64,000 nt of DNA from a virus. The stretch lies in IMG/VR virus record IMGVR_UViG_3300048834_000128, positions 11,879-75,878 of that record; one strand, given 5' to 3'. The notes under the pieces are model-generated. The model had not been told where the DNA came from and did not search any database. It worked only from the letters and a program-made list of their open reading frames with translations. The position numbers and the translations under genes are program-made. How positions within the stretch are numbered: the stretch's first letter is position 1; each line of letters starts with the position of its first letter. Shown here in pieces: positions 63,786 through 64,000 of this stretch.

Positions 63786-64000
63786 AACAATTGATTAACA
63801 AGTTTGATTATCTCTTCACCGATATACTTTCTGCAAATGTCGGCAGTCTCCATTTGGTTATTCTTTCTTGCAGCAGCAGCAGCAGCATCAGCAGCATCAG
63901 CATAAGCAGCAGCAGCAGCAGCATCAGCAGCATCAGCATAAGCAGCAGCAGCAGCAGCATCAGCAGCATCAGCATAAGCAGCAGCAGCAGCAGCATCAGC
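63779..64000 (-). CDS. C-terminal part of an Ala-rich repeat protein
   Basis: Frame reads (YADAADAAAAAA)n-RKNNQMETADICRKYIGEEIIKLVNQLLC-stop. Confidence 0.75.
   Translation of the reverse strand, partial: ADAAAAAAYADAADAAAAAAYADAADAAAAAAYADAADAAAAAARKNNQMETADICRKYIGEEIIKLVNQLLC
63870..64000. repeat. 36-bp tandem repeat, at least 3.6 copies
   Basis: (GCA)6-TCA-GCA-GCA-TCA-GCA-TAA. Confidence 0.95.

Noticed and set aside
63808-63996. Poly-Leu/Met ORF in the track
   Set aside because: Wrong frame; the Ala-rich frame ending at 63779 gives a natural C-terminus and overlaps the next gene's start.

Overview
A 64-kb slice of a Bacteroidota-infecting tailed phage, with the host inferred from abundant TAnnTTTG promoters and SD-less, A-rich start regions. 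The + strand block (1-52278) has a crAss-like podovirus virion module: TerL, portal, scaffold, major capsid, tail ring/tubular/stabilisation proteins and three cargo proteins including a 2300-aa giant. It also carries a split lysis cassette, a low-GC island of small ORFs, collagen/beta-propeller/Gly-rich appendage genes with a GT2-TPR glycosyltransferase, and one tRNA-Trp. The - strand block (52275-64000) is an early module of the temperate-phage type: initiator, DnaB, YqaJ exonuclease and a putative recombinase. No RNA polymerase, DNA polymerase or integrase is recognisable in the window. Main discoveries: (1) a 2432-bp IS1595 element with 23-bp TIRs and an 8-bp TSD, carrying a translationally coupled Dam-type methylase plus PD-(D/E)XK nuclease, inserted into a NUMOD4-HNH gene; (2) a phage-specific promoter class, YAACWAC-N16-TAnnTTTG, found seven times, each in front of a virion, lysis or predicted structural gene; (3) several structured non-coding RNA candidates and attenuator-like leaders; (4) an ART-like domain inside the giant cargo protein; (5) repeat-bounded gene cassettes. 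All protein calls come from motif recognition by eye, not database searches.
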